DNA from: the human T2T-CHM13v2.0 reference genome, Homo sapiens
NCBI RefSeq assembly: GCF_009914755.1
Contig: NC_060926.1
Length of the DNA: 64,000 nucleotides
Reading direction: 5' to 3' (one strand)
Shown: positions 59,930-64,000 of the stretch, one piece after another
Layout: each line of letters starts with the position of its first letter
How positions within the stretch are numbered: the first letter of the stretch is position 1
Notes under the pieces: model-generated
Database searches by the model: none
What the model was told of the DNA's origin: nothing
Seen by the model: the letters and a program-made list of their open reading frames with translations, nothing else
Made by a program: the position numbers and the translations under genes

Positions 59930-60775
59930 AAATATTATAAGTAGTAACTGACATTCACCTTTAGTGTCAGTGAGACAATAGGGAGTGGTGGGGTTTGTGC
60001 CCAACTATCTAAAAGGGGCAGTTTCATTTCCATTTCAGCCACTTGCTGCCATGTGGTAATAATGAAGCCATCTAGGGTCAATGAAGCAATCTTATTGTCT
60101 GAGGTGTTGAGTTCTTTGTCTCACAACCAAGAAAATTAAGGAGCACGGACACCAAGGGTGAGGTTGGAGTGAAAGTTTAATAAGCAAAAGAGGAAAGCTC
60201 TCTGCAGTGGAGAGGGTTGCCATTTTACAGTTGAATATAAATGTTTTTATAAGAAATTGTCCTTGTCTATGTAGTGGCCTGTGTAACTGCCCTTATCTGT
60301 ACAGCTGTGGACATGTCTCAGGCAAGCCTCCCCCGCCAAGAAAGTTCCCACGGAGCCACCAGGTACATGTCCACAAAAGGGGAGGAAACTTTCCTGGGAG
60401 TCCGCTGATTATACAATGAACAAAGGTGTTTCTATGTTGGGGCTTGTCCCCTTATCTGTGTAGCTGTAGGTTGATTTTTCAGCCTATTTCTCTGTTTAAA
60501 ACAATTCTACCAGTGACCTGTCTTAACTGTCTGCCTGTTTTTTTCCTTTCTCCTGTCTCCATATGGATGGTGCAATCACATTTCTGAGTTTTCAAGGTAA
60601 GCCAGAAAACTGATTTGTGTGAGTGGAGTGTGTATGTGTGTGTGTGTGTGTGTGTGAGAGAGACAGAGAGATCCTAATTATTAATTTTGGTTTACACATT
60701 TAAACATATGGTGTAGGACAAACAAAAGCACATCTGTGGCTCATCTAGGGCTGAAAGCCAAGTTATAACCATAGT
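59930..60775 (-). mobile_element. MER102 split by LTR
   Basis: AGACAATAGGGAGTGGTGGGG; TTTTCAAGGTAAGCCAGAAA; CAAACAAAAGCACATCTG. Confidence 0.7.
60063..60561 (-). mobile_element. ERV1 LTR (MER83/LTR29-like)
   Basis: AAGAAAATTAAGGAGCACGGACACCAAGGGTGAGG; antisense start GAGACAGGAGAAAGGAA. Confidence 0.78.
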
Positions 60776-60801
60776 TTAATTGCTCAGTATTAAAAATGAC
60801 A

Positions 60802-61088
60802 GGCCGGGCATGGTGGTTTACACCTGTAATCCCAGCACTTTGGGAGGCCACAGCAGGCAGATCGCTTCAGGCGAGGAATTGGAGACCAGCCTGGCCGGAC
60901 ATGGTGAAACTCCATTTCTGCTAAAAATACAAAAATTAGCTGGGCATGATGGTGCAAGCCTGTAAGGCACGAGAATCACTGGAACCCAGGAGGTGGAGGT
61001 TGCAGTGAGCCAAGATCACACCACTAAACTCGAGCCTGGGCAACAAAGTGAGACTCTGTCCTCAAAAAATAAAAATATGTATAAAATA
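60802..61088 (+). mobile_element. AluS with ~22-bp internal deletion
   Basis: GCCTGTA/AGGCACGAGAATC junction; TSD AAATGACA. Confidence 0.92.
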
Positions 61089-61104
61089 TAAATGACAAAG
61101 CATA

Positions 61105-61205
61105 GGCTGGGAGAGGTGAATGACTCACCAAGTTTCTGTCAGCTTATTCAAGAAAGAGCTAAGATAAAAATCTAAATTTGTTAACTCCCAGCTCAGTGCC
61201 TCTCC
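61105..61205 (-). mobile_element. MIR fragment
   Basis: GAGAGGTGAATGACTCACCAAG. Confidence 0.6.
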
Positions 61206-61269
61206 ACCTTCTCCACCCACACTGCTCACTCCTATATCTATGTGTAGTTGGAGAAGACATGCGTGGTTG

Positions 61270-62118
61270 CCTCCTAGGACCACTCCCCTTCCCCATCTCA
61301 ACTGCCCTTTAGTTTTGCATCCGTACTGCTCTTGCCCCACCTCTCACTCTACGTTCCATATATTTCTAGGGCCAATGACCCCTTTCCCAGCCTCAGGATA
61401 ATCCTATGCCCCCTCAGCAGTGATTGATTCAGGAATCCAGGCCTTTGTTAGTGAGGGTGTAGCATTTAGCTGGCCATGAGGGATAATTCCAACATGTGTA
61501 CATGACCCAGTTTGGGCCAATAAGAGTTACTAAATATTTGAGGAAGAAATCCCCTAGCTGCTAAGAGGGAGCCTCTGAGGCAATCTCTAGTTCATCCTCT
61601 GAATGTCCTGACATTCATTCATTCAGCAAATGTTTCTTAAGCAGCTACTATGTGCCAAGCACTGTTCCTAGCACTGGTGATACAGTAGTGATCACAAAGT
61701 GGAGCTAAAGTACTACTGGGAAAACAGAAAAAAAATGACTGAAAAAGTAACTCAATGACATGGCAGATAGATACTAGCAAGTATGATTGAAAATAATAAT
61801 GCAGAATAAGAGAAAATGGAGTAGAGTGGAATGAGTGGGTACACAAAAATATAGGGTAGCCTGAGTATGTGAAGGTAGAAATTGTCATAGCCATTCTGCC
61901 ATCACAAGGGAAGCAGCCTGATGATGAAGCCATCACCTAGAGGAGAGCATGACCAAGGAAACTGCAAATAAATGGAATAAGAGCTTCTGGATCAAGCTGT
62001 TCCTGAAGCTTACCTCGCTTCTGGACTACCAGTTACAAGATTTTCTTATATTTTAAGTCAGTGTATGTATTGGGTTTGCTGTCAGTGACCTGCAGCCAGA
62101 GGCATTCTAATAATTATA
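61270..62118 (+). mobile_element. Ancient ERVL/MaLR LTR (LTR33/MLT1K-like) split by L2
   Basis: CATGACCCAGTTTGGGCCAAT; CTGGATCAAGCTGTTCCTGAAGC; TGCAGCCAGAGGCATTCTAA. Confidence 0.6.
61612..61860 (-). mobile_element. L2a 3' end
   Basis: CATTCATTCATTCAGCAAATG...CTACTATGTGCCAAGCACTGTTC. Confidence 0.82.
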
Positions 62119-62734
62119 TTAAATGAAATGACATATAGAGAGTTTGATTTTCTTGGGAGCTTTTACTTGAGTCATTTCAAGAATAGACCAATATTTTGTT
62201 GGAAATATACTTAAGGTGCATTTGAGATAGAAGATTCTTTCCTAAGGATTGTGAGGGTGAGAACGACTGCTCTGCACAAAACAAAACAAGAGATTAATTT
62301 TCTTATGGTTCTGGAGAGGGAGATGAGAACAACAGAAGAACAAGAGAGGAAGCAGAATCTGCATATGGTGGAAGGTCACCTTCTCCATGCAATATGAACC
62401 TCTCTGTGACTCTCCCCCAAGGCCCTCAATAAAGCCTATAAAAGCCTTCTAAGTATTGCATTTTGTAAGGGATTGAGATAAATTGAATGATTGAAAAAAT
62501 AATATATCTTATTGACCAGTCCAGGTTCTCAAATAGCCAGGCCAGGTCAACAGATACATAAGATGGAAATCTTGCAGATATTTTGCAAACAAATGTGTAA
62601 AACTCTAGAAGGCATTCCCACTGGTTCCATATTAATGTGTGCCTTTGCCTTCCATTTCAACCATGTCATCTTTCATTGTTCTCTCACATACAACCTTCTA
62701 TCTCCTTCTGCATTAAATCATCATGCATTTTGCT

Positions 62735-62863
62735 ATTCAATCAATGGAAACATTTAATAAAGGTTTGCTAAAGGTCAACCAACATGCCAAGCACTAGAGT
62801 TATACAGCTGAATAAGACAGAGTCGTCCTGAAAGAGTTCGCCTTCTCAAGGGAGAATGGAGAC
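62735..62863 (-). mobile_element. L2 3' fragment
   Basis: ATGCCAAGCACT...TGAATAAGACAG. Confidence 0.55.
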
Positions 62864-62958
62864 ATGTGTTCCCCCATACCACATGCCTACCATGTGCCAT
62901 CACTATGCTGGTCCTTAAGTATGTTACCTCACTTACACTACAGAATGTTGCTCTCAAG

Positions 62959-63690
62959 CAGAGGTCAGCCAACCTTGTCTGTAAAAGACCAGATATTAAA
63001 CATTTTAGTCTTGTGCTGGCCAAGATATAAAACTGAGCATATGATATAGATACTTGTATAACATGAGAGGAGATAACATTCCACACATTTTTTATTAATG
63101 GAAGTCAAAATATAACAATAATTGAATACGATTTATTTTTGTAATACAAGTCTACTAAGGAGAAGAATAAAACTCTGTGGGGTAGAAAATATTTCACTTA
63201 ATTGGGCTTCCAAGTGAGTGTGTATGGTATGGTTTGAATGTCTTTCTTTGTTGCTTCCAAAATTCAGGTTAAAATTTAACCCCCAATGCAACACTATTAA
63301 GAGGTGTGGCCTTTAGAACTGAGTCATGAGGGCTGTGCCCTCATGAATGGGATTAGGTGCCCACCTGAAAGGGCTTGAAGGAGGACTTTCACTCCTCACT
63401 TTTCACCCCCTGTCCCTTCCACCATGTGAGGACACAGTGTTTCTCCCCTCCAGAGGATGCGGCGACAATGCATCATCTTAGAAGTGGACACCAGGTCCTC
63501 ACCAGACACCAAACCTGCTGGTATCTTGGTTTTGGACTTCTAGCCTCCGGCACTGTGAGAAATACATTTCTGTTCTTTATAAATTATCTGGCCTCAGGCA
63601 TTTTGTTATAGCCACACAAATGGAGTAAGACAGTTGGCTATTGTCAAATCAATTTCAAATGCTCATTTGTTATAAACCACTCTCACTGCA
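62959..63690 (+). mobile_element. MER58B/D hAT element split by MaLR LTR
   Basis: CAGAGGTCAGCCAACCTTGTCTGTAAAAGACCAGATA; GTCTACTAAGGAGAAGAAT. Confidence 0.8.
63225..63632 (+). mobile_element. MSTD-like MaLR solo LTR
   Basis: TATGGTTTGAATG...CCCCTCCAGAGGATGC...GAGTAAGACA. Confidence 0.85.
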
Positions 63691-64000
63691 ATGAAAGGAA
63701 CCAATCTCCCTGGAAAAAAATGGCTGATTCTAAGTCTGAAGCAGGAAACACACAAGATGAGCCTGGAGCATCCTGTATTGCCAGAAAGCAAGAAAGTGCT
63801 AAAATGCACGCACACACAGGCACAGGTACATACACACACACAGGCACATGTACACACACACAGAGATACACAATGATGAAGGTATGTCAAAGGTGCCGAC
63901 TAGAAAAGCTCTCAATGGCCAAAGATGGAAAATTTTGAGCAAAAAAAAAAAAGTGTTAAATTATACTCCAAACAATAACAAAAATGTCCGTTAGTCCATA
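63691..64000 (+). mobile_element. L1MD/L1MC 3'UTR, runs off window; contains (CA)-rich repeat
   Basis: AATGGCTGATTC...CAAGATGAGCCTGGAGCATC...CCAGAAAGCAAG. Confidence 0.78.

Overview
Primate genomic DNA (human-like; contains AluY, AluS, AluJ and FAM). It is intergenic or deep intronic, and roughly half is interspersed repeats: about 25 Alus, L1MA/L1PA/L1ME/L1MD, L2, MIR, L3/CR1, MaLR/ERVL/ERV1/ERVK LTRs, and hAT and mariner DNA elements. No protein-coding exon, RNA gene or CRISPR array is supported, and the supplied ORFs are repeat-derived or chance. I found no new multi-gene system. The notable signals are mechanistic scars: a polyadenylated HERV-K LTR end that looks like an L1-made retrocopy, a near-full-length HSMAR2, a twin-primed inverted Alu nested inside a twin-primed L1, two local templated duplications, a 48-bp palindrome, a hairpin made of D-box/bZIP sites, a 10-bp GGATTA array, and several candidate non-coding exons plus a CTCF site. 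Subfamily names come from recalled consensus sequences, not a database search. Boundaries of old repeats are approximate.
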